A DNA stretch of 64,000 nt, taken from contig CAWCAG010000005.1 in NCBI GenBank assembly GCA_963793425.1, forward strand, positions 1,888,001 to 1,952,000. Reading direction: 5' to 3'. Shown here in pieces: positions 50,490-59,073 of the stretch. The translations under genes and the position numbers were made by a program. This DNA is from an uncultured cyanobacterium (GTDB taxonomy: Bacteria; Cyanobacteriota; Cyanobacteriia; Cyanobacteriales; CAWCAG01). How positions within the stretch are numbered: the first letter of the stretch is position 1; each line of letters opens with the position of its first letter. Below the pieces are notes generated by a model. The model searched no databases, was not told the DNA's origin, and was given only the letters and a program-made list of their open reading frames with translations.

Positions 50490-51059
50490 ATGACCCAGGC
50501 TATCACTAAAACCTTAACCATAGAGGAATTTTTACAACGAGAAGAAACGAAACCAGCTTCGGAATTTATTAATGGTAAAATTTTTCAAAAGCCGATGCCC
50601 CAAGGAGAACATAGTTTATTGCAAGGGAAACTTTGCGAGAAAGTTAATCGAGTTGTCAGGAATCAGAAAACTGCTTTAGCTTTCCCTGAGTTGCGTTGTA
50701 CATTCGGTAACAAGTCTATTGTCCCCGATATAGCCGTTTTTCGCTGGTCAAGGATTCCCCTTACTGCTTCCGGGAGAGTTGCTAATCGTTTTGAGATTCA
50801 TCCCGACTGGTCAATTGAAATTCTATCACCAGGGCAGAGCTTAACCAAGGTTTTGAGTAATTTGCTGCACTGTTCTTTCCATGGTACTGAGTTGGGTTGG
50901 TTGGTTAACCCCGAAGAAGAGAGTATTTTTGTGGTACACCCTGAACAAAGGATAGAATTATTTGAGAGAAATGCAGTTTTACCTGTGTTGAGTGGGGTAG
51001 AGTTGGAGTTAAAAGTTGAGAATGTTTTTTCTTGGTTAAGAATTGAGCCAACCAGCTAA
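50490..51059 (+). CDS. Uma2-family PD-(D/E)XK endonuclease-like protein
   Basis: E.KPASEFING...KPMP...HS, PELRC, VPDIAV, PDWSIEILSP. Confidence 0.92.
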   Translation: MTQAITKTLTIEEFLQREETKPASEFINGKIFQKPMPQGEHSLLQGKLCEKVNRVVRNQKTALAFPELRCTFGNKSIVPDIAVFRWSRIPLTASGRVANRFEIHPDWSIEILSPGQSLTKVLSNLLHCSFHGTELGWLVNPEEESIFVVHPEQRIELFERNAVLPVLSGVELELKVENVFSWLRIEPTS

Positions 51060-51187
51060 ATTATCAAGGACGGGGTGACGGGGTGACTCGGTGATGGGGA
51101 GAGGAATTGAATGCCTATTTCCTAGTTTAGTAAAATGTTTAATGATGTCTACGACAACGGCAAATCCGAACAATGAGCGATGATTTT

Positions 51188-51976
51188 TTAACCAAAAATT
51201 GTTTCTTGTTCTGGCTGAAAAATGTAGTCGTAGTCAAAAAATAAGTAATCAATATTTCTAATGATTTCAAAACCTAAATCAACTAATGTTTGGGTCGTGA
51301 AAGTAGCCATAATTAACTCAATAGCTTTTTTCTTACTTAAAGCCGGTTTGCGAATAAAATAACTCCGTTTAGAAAAGAAAATATTTTCATCTCTAGGGCT
51401 AATTAAGCCATTAAGACGATGGGTATGTTGAACAGGTTTAATATAGGTTTTGAAGAAAAATTCTTGGTTGCGTTGCAAACGATAAAGTCTTTCATGTTGT
51501 AACCAACTCATTTGAAAAAGCATTTTAACTAATTCAAAGCCTAAAATATAGTGTAGAACACGATTTTGTTTACTGGGACTTAAGACAAAGCGTAGGGCAG
51601 ATTCTAAATATTGGTCAGGGTTACGGCGAATATCTTGAGCAGAATGAAAATAAAACAACTTAATATATTTTTTTATGGCATCTTCATTTAATGTTGAATC
51701 AACACCGAAGTTTTCTAAATATTTTTGTACTTTAGTTTTGGTATTTTTATTATGAATAATTTTATAAATAAGCCCATCAGCAGTATAATTATCAAGAAAT
51801 TCCGCTTGAGACTTCGGGTTTGCAGCGCATAAAAGATGGCACAAAGACAGTAAACAACGTCTTTGCTCCCAAGGCAGACTTTCTGACCATTTTCTTGCTT
51901 CTTCAGGTAGCAAATTGAGCATTTCTTTCCATCCTCGCTTAAGGCTCAAAGAAGTAATTTCTTGGCTGATTGTCAT
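51188..51976 (-). CDS. Conserved cyanobacterial hypothetical protein
   Basis: 262-aa ORF (LPWEQRR.LLSLCHLLCA, YIKPVQHTHRLN). No P-loop or other motif I can assign. Confidence 0.7.
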   Translation of the reverse strand: MTISQEITSLSLKRGWKEMLNLLPEEARKWSESLPWEQRRCLLSLCHLLCAANPKSQAEFLDNYTADGLIYKIIHNKNTKTKVQKYLENFGVDSTLNEDAIKKYIKLFYFHSAQDIRRNPDQYLESALRFVLSPSKQNRVLHYILGFELVKMLFQMSWLQHERLYRLQRNQEFFFKTYIKPVQHTHRLNGLISPRDENIFFSKRSYFIRKPALSKKKAIELIMATFTTQTLVDLGFEIIRNIDYLFFDYDYIFQPEQETIFG

Positions 51977-52313
51977 CCTGGTTTGCCTTTATATACGTTT
52001 GTAAATAGAGGGCAGTATTATTAGTTTTTTGCTCTCGCCTAATAAAATTTCTTTTTTAGCAAATTGAGAACCCCTAATACATTATATGAATAGCTATGTT
52101 TGCGTTAGGGTTTGCTTTCGTGTTCGTTTACTACTAATAAAAGTTGAACATAACATATACCAAAAAACAGGGAGTAGGGAGTAGGCAGCAGGCAGCAATG
52201 ATCAATGATTATTGATTAGTTTTAACCATAACCAACCTATGAGGCAACCGAGAAGATAATGAGGGAAGTCTAACCAAGAAAAGGTTGTTCCTAAAAATAA
52301 GCGCCCGAATAAT

Positions 52314-52598
52314 TTAAACTTGTTGTTCAAATAGTTCTATCAATTCTTGAGGGGTAAATTCAAAACTTTCAAGCCACCAAGTAGTTAAAGCTAACAACCG
52401 CTTTGCTGTCAAACTTGGTGGGCGATAGGAATCACCTTGAGGATTTTGCATCCAATGCCTTACCGTATCTTCACTTACTCCGGCAAGTAAACCAATTTTA
52501 TAGTAAGTAATGGGGTAGCGAATGGCAAATTGTCTAGGTTCAATGCTGCCCCACAGCCAGTTTTGAAAATCTGCTACTTCATCAGTATTCGGTGTCAT
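52314..52598 (-). CDS. Small putative HTH DNA-binding protein
   Basis: ITYYKIGLLAGVSEDTVRHW fits a helix-turn-helix pattern. Confidence 0.65.
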   Translation of the reverse strand: MTPNTDEVADFQNWLWGSIEPRQFAIRYPITYYKIGLLAGVSEDTVRHWMQNPQGDSYRPPSLTAKRLLALTTWWLESFEFTPQELIELFEQQV

Positions 52599-52712
52599 TT
52601 TTTTAGTTGGTGACGCTTTTGATTTGAGCTAAATTGAAAACAAAATGAGACACTGGAAAGAAGAGCAAATCAAAGATTTGCTCTATTAATGTTTTGAAAC
52701 TTGTCTATTCAT

Positions 52713-52761
52713 GTGCCATTATGACGTGCTTTTTTGCTTATGTCAATATGGCACGTCATAT
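52713..52761. promoter_or_regulatory. Operator-like inverted repeats between the divergent HTH genes
   Basis: TATGACGTGC (52720-52729) and GCACGTCATA (52751-52760) are a perfect inverted pair. GTGCCAT (52713-52719) and ATGGCAC (52748-52754) are a second pair. Confidence 0.65.
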
Positions 52762-52768
52762 TTGTTAT

Positions 52769-53023
52769 ATGAAAAAGGATCGAAGACCTCAAGAGAGTAA
52801 TTCTTTAATAGAAGCCCTGAGAATCAAGCAGACTAATCTTTCTCAGACTGAATTTGCTGTAAAATGTGGCATTCCTTTGCGTACCTACCAACGCTGGATT
52901 TATGGGGAAACTGAAGCAAAGCTAACACCAACCCAGTGGAAAGCAATGATCAAGTTGTTAGATATTCAATCTTTTGAGGATATACCAGACGATTTTGGTC
53001 CGGTGAATCAAGAAGAAGAATAG
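52769..53023 (+). CDS. XRE/Cro-family HTH transcriptional regulator
   Basis: LR....LSQTEFAVKCGIPLRTYQRWIYGET. ATG at 52769 is preferred over the TTG at 52694. Confidence 0.8.
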   Translation: MKKDRRPQESNSLIEALRIKQTNLSQTEFAVKCGIPLRTYQRWIYGETEAKLTPTQWKAMIKLLDIQSFEDIPDDFGPVNQEEE

Positions 53024-53025
53024 GG

Positions 53026-53112
53026 ATTATTGATAAATTAAGAGATGAATTACCAGAAGCTTTGACTGTTGTTAGTCAAACTGCTGTTCGCATCCGTAAA
53101 ACTAATTTTTAG
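53026..53112 (+). pseudogene. Possible 3' remnant of a DUF5615 PIN-like toxin gene
   Basis: The start-less frame reads IIDKLRDELPEALTVVSQTAVRIRKTNF*, resembling the 'el....tvv....vRiR' C-terminus of that family. Recognition is by eye only. Confidence 0.4.
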
Positions 53113-53130
53113 TTATTTTTAGACAACAAA

Positions 53131-56100
53131 TTAATGCTTACTGGTGATTGCTTGTTTGATTTTTCTCCACTGTTGCCGTAGGACAATGGCTAATTTTCTT
53201 TGGAAGCGTTTGATACGGGCGATGAGGGGAAAGTAGCGGACTTTTTCAGGATAAACGGGAATAAAATCTAAGTTCTCTTTGCTGTAGCGGACTGCTAGAC
53301 TTCTGGCGAGAGGAAATATTTCATCATTATAAATGTTTACTTGGAGTAGTTTAATTAGCTTTTCTAAAGCTTTTAAATTACCGATTTTACCCAAAGCCTC
53401 TACCGCCCTTGATCTAAAATAACTATTAGAGTGATTAAGAACAGCAATTAAAGCTTCTACTCCTTGGGCATTGCCGATTTTACTCAAAGCCAATGCCGCA
53501 CTCAATCTAACATCACTATCAAAGTGATTAAGAGCGGCAATTAAAGCATTTACTGCTTGAGTATTTCCTATCTTACCTAAAGCCTCTGCCGCACTCCATC
53601 CAACATCACTATCAGAGTGATTAAGAGCAGTGATTAAAGCATTTACTGCTTGAGTATTTCCTATCTTACCTAAAGCAGATGTCGCACTCAATCTAACATC
53701 ACTATAAGAGTGATCAAGAGCAGTAATTAAAGCTTCTACTGCTTGGGCGTTGCCAACTTTACCCAAAGCCTCTGCCGCACTCCTTCTAACATAAATATCA
53801 AAGTGATTAAGAGCAGTAATTAAAGCTCCTACTGCTTGAGTATTTCCTATCTTACCTAAAGCCTCTGCCGCACCACTTCTAACATCACTATAAGAGTGAT
53901 TAAGAGCAGTAATTAAAGCTCCTACTCCTTGGGCATTACCAATTTTACCCAATGCAAATGCCACACTCAATTTAACATCACCATTAGAGTTATCTAAAGC
54001 AGCAATTAAAGCTTCTACTCCTTGGGCATTACCGATTTTACCTAAAGCAGATGCTGCAATCCATCCAACATCACTATCAGAGTGATTAAGAGCAGTAATT
54101 AAAGCTTCTACTACTTGGGCATTATCAATTTCACCTAAAGCATTTGCTGCAATCCTTCTAACATCACTATTAGAGTCATAGAGAGCGGTAATTAAAGCTT
54201 CTACTACTTGGGCATTATCAATTTTACCTAAAGCATTTGCTGCAATCCTTCTAACATCACTATTAGAGTCATAGAGAGCGGTAATTAAAGCTTTTACTCC
54301 TTGGGTATTACCAATTTTACCCAAAGCCTTTGCTGCAATCCATTTAACATTACTATCAGAGTCATCAAGAGCAGTAATTAAAGCTTTTACTCCCTGGGGG
54401 TTACCAATTTGATCCAAAGCTAATGCAGCACTCAATTTAACAAAGATATCAGAGTCATCTAAAGCAGCAATCAAAGCTTCTTCTACTCCTTGGGCATTAC
54501 CGATTTGACCCAAAGCAGATGCTGCAATCTTTCTAACATTACTATCAGAGTCATCAAGAGCAGCAATTAAAGCTTCTACTCCCTGGGGGTTAGTTGTTTG
54601 ACCCAAAACATCTGCCGCACTCCTTATAACAAAGATATCAGAGTGATCAAGAGCAGCAATTAAAGCTTTTACTGCTTGGGCATTACCAATTTTACCCAAA
54701 GCATCTGCCGCACTCGATCTAAAATAACTCTCGGAGTCATTTAAAATAGCAATTAAAGCTTCTACTCCTTGGGCATTACCAATTTTACCCAAAGCCTTTG
54801 CTGCAATCCATTTAACATTACTATCAGAGTGATTAAGAGCAGTAATTAAGGCTTCTACTGCTTGGGCATTACTTATTTCAGCAAAAATCACTACAACAGA
54901 AGTTACAAATTCAGCATCAGGATAAGCAAGCCAAAACTGATAAACTTCCTCAACAATCCTCCCAACTGAAGCATCCTCAACCTCTTTCCCCTCAGCAACA
55001 CATCGCCCCGCCAACAACAATAAAGTCCGAAAAATATCATCCTTCTCCCCCATAATCGCCTGCAACAAGGGCAAAGGATCATCCATCAATCCTGCGAACA
55101 AAGTTAAAGTCTCATGCCAATCAAAATCCCAAAAATGTTCCTTCGCCAAAGCCACACCATTACTTGCATAGTTTAAATAAGCTGCGGTCAAATACTCCTG
55201 AAAAGTGCGATGCAAAAACAGATACTTATTTCCATCCCTGTCTAACTTCTGAATAATGCCATCCTCTTCCGTCAACTCCCCAATCAACTCCGTAGCGGTA
55301 ACATTGCGAAAATCACTACCACAATCCCCCCGCAAAAACTCTTCAATCTTCTCTCTCAACTCCCGCAACTCAAAAACCTCTTGACTCTGGCAACTAAACT
55401 CATAAGCCAAAAACTCCAACAATTCCGTCTTCGCCACCACCCAACCAGATTCAGCCCCCAAACGCCGATTATCCTTGCGCCATTGACTGAGCATATACTC
55501 AACCGCTTTTTCATAAACCTGACCACGTTTAGCCGGGAGAGTAATACCCTTTTCTTGATAAAGGCTGCAAAGTAAAGATAACAGTAAAGGATTCTGTGCC
55601 AAACCACTGATTTGCGGTTTCTGGCGTAACTCCTCAATTAACCCAGAAGCAGAAATATCTTTCTCTTCTCCCTTCCCCAGAGAAACTGAGAGAGATTCCT
55701 CCGCATTCTTAAACCAAGTCTCAATATACTTTTCCGTTTGCCCTTGATTAAAAGGCACAATCTCCACATCCTTCCCCCCAGCAATAAAACTGCCCCCATA
55801 ACCAACAATGCGGGAGGTGCAGATTATCGGACAAGGATAATATTTGGCGAAGCGGTTTAACTTGTCTTTTAGTTCCTGGCGCTGATCCTTCGGCACTTCA
55901 TCTAAAGCATCCAACAACAGCAAACATTCACCCTTAGCTAACTTATCTTCCAAGAGATGGGCAAGGTTAGGATAACTATACCGATAATCCCGTTGTAGAA
56001 GTTGGGGAATAATCTCAAAAATTTCTCCTTCCCTTTCAGCTAACTCTGAAAGCCTGAATAGCAAGGGAAAAAACTGTTCCGGAATAGTTTTTTCCTGATT

Positions 56101-56760
56101 TAAAAGCTTTTCCCTTTCTTCTTGGGCTACCCTCAAAGCTTCTCGCCGCAACAAAGTTGACTTTCCCATGCCCGGATCTGCTAAAACCATGATTCTGTTA
56201 TGGTTTCGCTTCGCTTCTACCCAATCAACTTGAGTTTTCCTTGTTTCTTCAACTATTCCTTTCAGGGCATAAGCTTTTTTTAATTCCGCTTCCGACTCGC
56301 TATAACCCCAAGTAGTCTCAACTTCGTGGCGATATCTTCTTTCTAAAGTGACTTGAATGGGAATGTACTGCTCTTTAAAAATAAAACTATTCCGCGTGTG
56401 GAATAGTTTTAGATATTTGTATTCCTTTGCAACCTCCTCAAGAAACTGACAAACTTCTTCTGTCGTCGGCGGCTCTGATTTTTTGTTAGCAGGTTCAGAA
56501 TCACTAGGTAAGTTAGAAACTTGTTCTTGCAAAACCTCTCGAATAACTTGCTTCAGTCTTTCTGCTTCAAAACCTTGATAAGTACGATTGTCAAAGGTGA
56601 TTTTTTCCGCAGTCAAGTTAAAATTCCCTTCACCCAACTGCACATTATTGAAATCCCCGGTAATATTCAACTCAGCTTTTAATTGAGCTAAATCATTCTT
56701 ACTATGTTTACCCGCAACAATACGTTGTAAAATTTCGCTCCATTTAGAGGATTTAGCCAT
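53131..56760 (-). CDS. NLR-like STAND NTPase: EAD10-like/RHIM-like N-terminus, NACHT domain, 16 HEAT repeats
   Basis: Walker A ADPGMGKST, Walker B LLLLDALDE, CTSR, NPLLL, FLHRTFQEYL. HEAT/PBS-lyase-type 31-aa repeats follow. Confidence 0.92.
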   Translation of the reverse strand: MAKSSKWSEILQRIVAGKHSKNDLAQLKAELNITGDFNNVQLGEGNFNLTAEKITFDNRTYQGFEAERLKQVIREVLQEQVSNLPSDSEPANKKSEPPTTEEVCQFLEEVAKEYKYLKLFHTRNSFIFKEQYIPIQVTLERRYRHEVETTWGYSESEAELKKAYALKGIVEETRKTQVDWVEAKRNHNRIMVLADPGMGKSTLLRREALRVAQEEREKLLNQEKTIPEQFFPLLFRLSELAEREGEIFEIIPQLLQRDYRYSYPNLAHLLEDKLAKGECLLLLDALDEVPKDQRQELKDKLNRFAKYYPCPIICTSRIVGYGGSFIAGGKDVEIVPFNQGQTEKYIETWFKNAEESLSVSLGKGEEKDISASGLIEELRQKPQISGLAQNPLLLSLLCSLYQEKGITLPAKRGQVYEKAVEYMLSQWRKDNRRLGAESGWVVAKTELLEFLAYEFSCQSQEVFELRELREKIEEFLRGDCGSDFRNVTATELIGELTEEDGIIQKLDRDGNKYLFLHRTFQEYLTAAYLNYASNGVALAKEHFWDFDWHETLTLFAGLMDDPLPLLQAIMGEKDDIFRTLLLLAGRCVAEGKEVEDASVGRIVEEVYQFWLAYPDAEFVTSVVVIFAEISNAQAVEALITALNHSDSNVKWIAAKALGKIGNAQGVEALIAILNDSESYFRSSAADALGKIGNAQAVKALIAALDHSDIFVIRSAADVLGQTTNPQGVEALIAALDDSDSNVRKIAASALGQIGNAQGVEEALIAALDDSDIFVKLSAALALDQIGNPQGVKALITALDDSDSNVKWIAAKALGKIGNTQGVKALITALYDSNSDVRRIAANALGKIDNAQVVEALITALYDSNSDVRRIAANALGEIDNAQVVEALITALNHSDSDVGWIAASALGKIGNAQGVEALIAALDNSNGDVKLSVAFALGKIGNAQGVGALITALNHSYSDVRSGAAEALGKIGNTQAVGALITALNHFDIYVRRSAAEALGKVGNAQAVEALITALDHSYSDVRLSATSALGKIGNTQAVNALITALNHSDSDVGWSAAEALGKIGNTQAVNALIAALNHFDSDVRLSAALALSKIGNAQGVEALIAVLNHSNSYFRSRAVEALGKIGNLKALEKLIKLLQVNIYNDEIFPLARSLAVRYSKENLDFIPVYPEKVRYFPLIARIKRFQRKLAIVLRQQWRKIKQAITSKH
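53377..54867 (-). repeat. Intragenic tandem array of 16 x 93-bp HEAT-coding units
   Basis: 1491 bp = 16 x 93 + 3 (one unit has an extra Glu). Consensus AQ(A/G)VEALI(T/A)AL.(H/D)S.S.V...AA.ALGKIGN. Confidence 0.92.
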
Positions 56761-56769
56761 AGCTAACCT

Positions 56770-57175
56770 TTACGGCTTATTCGAGGAATGATCAGTAGAA
56801 TCTTCGTTATGCTGAATATTGACGTTGTTATTGTTATTGCCAAACTGAACATTATTGCGATCGCCTGTAATCGTCGGACTGTTAGAAAGAAGTCCGCTAT
56901 TAGAAATAGTATCTTGGCTTTGATTAGCAGGATTAATGGGCTGCTTTTCCGGAGCTGGATCTGATTTTCTGAACGTGGCGTATTCCCAACAAGACTGCCA
57001 AACCAGTAAGCCCCCACAATACTAGCTGAATCAAGTCTGTTAGCCCTTGAATAACATTACTATTCGCTTCGACAAACTGTAACAAAACTGGCATCCATTG
57101 TTCAGCCGATAACGCTAAAGCAGCAAGTAGTAAAACTACCAAGGTTGGAACGATCCACCTTGAAGAATTGTTCAT
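56770..57175 (-). pseudogene. Frameshifted two-TM protein with an Asn-rich RHIM-like C-terminus (candidate NLR effector), about 134 aa if restored
   Basis: The 80-aa ORF (two hydrophobic helices) continues in the +1 frame as YATFRKSDPAPEKQPINPANQSQDTISNSGLLSNSPTITGDRNNVQFGNNNNNVNIQHNEDSTDHSSNKP*. That stop lies 9 nt before the NACHT ATG. Span 406 bp = 135 codons + 1 nt. Confidence 0.75.
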
Positions 57176-57291
57176 AGCAAAATTAAGTAAATTGAGGAGT
57201 CAACCATATTAGTAACCATGGTAGCCAAAAAAGTTTTGGCTAGTGGCTAGTGGCTAACGGCTAGTTGTTCTCACCCTAGCTCCCCATCTCC

Positions 57292-59073
57292 CTATTTCCC
57301 CAACTCCCCATCTCCAGGAGAAGTATCAAGAAAAGGGGAACTTTTTGGTTCAGAATCTTCTGGGGATGAATTAGAAGGATTAGGATTAGGAGAATTATTT
57401 TGCAACAAAAAAGTTGCTTCAAAGCGAGTACTTTGAGAATCTATAACTGTTGTCGTAATACCAAAAGCACGAACCCCATTAAGTAAATCCTTTTGCCCTT
57501 CCGGAAAAGCTAAAGTTCCTTTTTTGGCCATAAAATTCTCGACATCAAAAAACAACTCACTATTAACCGGGGCAAAGCCTTTTTTAACTACTTGCTTAAA
57601 CAACTGATTCGATGACAAATTACGTTTCGGTTTTGGTAAGATTTTGTTACTTATTGGAGCGCCTAAAGAAAAGAAAAATACATCTTTTGATAGCCAACCT
57701 CGTACAGCTTCTATACCACCCAGGGGAGATGTCCAATTAACCACAGGTTGCCCCCCTTGTTGAGCAGATTTCACCTGAAATTGATATCTTGTACCCATGG
57801 CTTCATCTAATTGTTGTAGGGCTTTCTCTCCGCTAGCACGATTTTGAGTTTGGGCAACGGTAATTAAAGCAGCCCCCAATTTTACCCCACCTCTATCAGT
57901 AAAATTAATTAAGTTATCTTCAGTAATAGGAGTCAAGGCAAAGGCGAAATCTTCTCCTAACCAAGGGAGAAAATCTTCTTGCCAACTCATGCCCGTGTTT
58001 TCCTGAATAACATTAGCAATAGTCTCTTCCCCAAAAGGTAAAAGGGGCAACAACTCCGCTTCACTGTCCCAACCTTGCCATTGAGTAGGAAGATTTTGCC
58101 CAGCAAAGAAAAATAAAGTCTGTTGGGGTAAGTGGGAAGCTAAACTCTTTTCCTTAAACTGGGTTAAATAATTCCCAAAAGAATTAACTGGCTGCATAAA
58201 TTCTCCCGGTTTTCCCCAAATTATCCCTTCCCAATGCAGAGATTCTGGGGTTAAGCTTAAGCTGCCTGTCACTCCTTGCCGATATTGAGTAGTAGATTCT
58301 GGGGCAGGAGCAAGAGAATTAGTTTTGGCGGTGGCAACTATTGTCGGAAAATGCCCATAAAAACGAGCAAAATCAACTTTTTTGCCTAATTGTCTCAAAG
58401 CTTTTTGATAACTAGAATCAGCTTCTAAAGATGTCTTTTCTTGGTAGCTATCAATCACTTTTTCCATGGCTTGGGAGTTGTTAGCAATAACCAAAAAACT
58501 TTTAATAATTGTTAGGGAATATCTTTGAGATTGACTATTTTGAATCTCTTCAATCTCCACTCCTTTATAGGTGCGTCGCAGTTTCTTACTTTCCAGGTCA
58601 GAGTTAGGAGAATCCAAAAGCTGCCCTGCTTGGACGGAATTCTCCATCGGTAAAATAAATACCATTGGCTTAACCAAATCCTCTGAAGGAGAAGCATTCG
58701 GTACAATTAAGGCAGATTGAGTTGGGGGCAAATAAGCAACGGTGATCTCCTCTCCTACCCAAGGTTGGATATGGGTTTCATAACTATAACCATTGGCTTG
58801 CAAAAAAGTATTGCTAAGCTCAGAAAAATACTTTTTAATCCTCTGTTGACTTCCCTTTGTCCCTAACTGTTGCAATTGCTGCCATTGTTCTTCATCCGTA
58901 GAAATTGAGGCAGCAAAAATCACTTCTTGGGGAACTAATTCTGCCCCCGTTAGCTTTTGCGCCGCAAAAAAATAGGGCCGTACCAACAACCAATAAATTG
59001 CTGTGCCACTACCGAGTAAAATAGCCGTACCTAAAGTCGGTAAGAGAAAGCGCCTAAATTTTTTCTTGACCAT
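57292..59073 (-). CDS. DUF3352-like membrane-anchored protein
   Basis: N-terminal TM helix, GAELVPQ, IQPWVGEEIT.A, YKGVEI, D.LPWLGE.FAFA. Confidence 0.8.
   Translation of the reverse strand: MVKKKFRRFLLPTLGTAILLGSGTAIYWLLVRPYFFAAQKLTGAELVPQEVIFAASISTDEEQWQQLQQLGTKGSQQRIKKYFSELSNTFLQANGYSYETHIQPWVGEEITVAYLPPTQSALIVPNASPSEDLVKPMVFILPMENSVQAGQLLDSPNSDLESKKLRRTYKGVEIEEIQNSQSQRYSLTIIKSFLVIANNSQAMEKVIDSYQEKTSLEADSSYQKALRQLGKKVDFARFYGHFPTIVATAKTNSLAPAPESTTQYRQGVTGSLSLTPESLHWEGIIWGKPGEFMQPVNSFGNYLTQFKEKSLASHLPQQTLFFFAGQNLPTQWQGWDSEAELLPLLPFGEETIANVIQENTGMSWQEDFLPWLGEDFAFALTPITEDNLINFTDRGGVKLGAALITVAQTQNRASGEKALQQLDEAMGTRYQFQVKSAQQGGQPVVNWTSPLGGIEAVRGWLSKDVFFFSLGAPISNKILPKPKRNLSSNQLFKQVVKKGFAPVNSELFFDVENFMAKKGTLAFPEGQKDLLNGVRAFGITTTVIDSQSTRFEATFLLQNNSPNPNPSNSSPEDSEPKSSPFLDTSPGDGELGK

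Noticed and set aside
51188..51976. Possible cobyrinic acid a,c-diamide synthase label, which I recall on similar proteins
   Set aside because: No P-loop or amidotransferase motif is present, so the protein is left as hypothetical.
53377..54867. 93-bp periodic repeats as a possible CRISPR array
   Set aside because: The units are in-frame HEAT-coding repeats with no unique spacers, and there are no cas genes.
56763..57017. 84-aa ORF-track call upstream of the NLR
   Set aside because: It is the third reading frame over the frameshifted gene. The +1 frame carries the motif shared with the NLR and is the better explanation.
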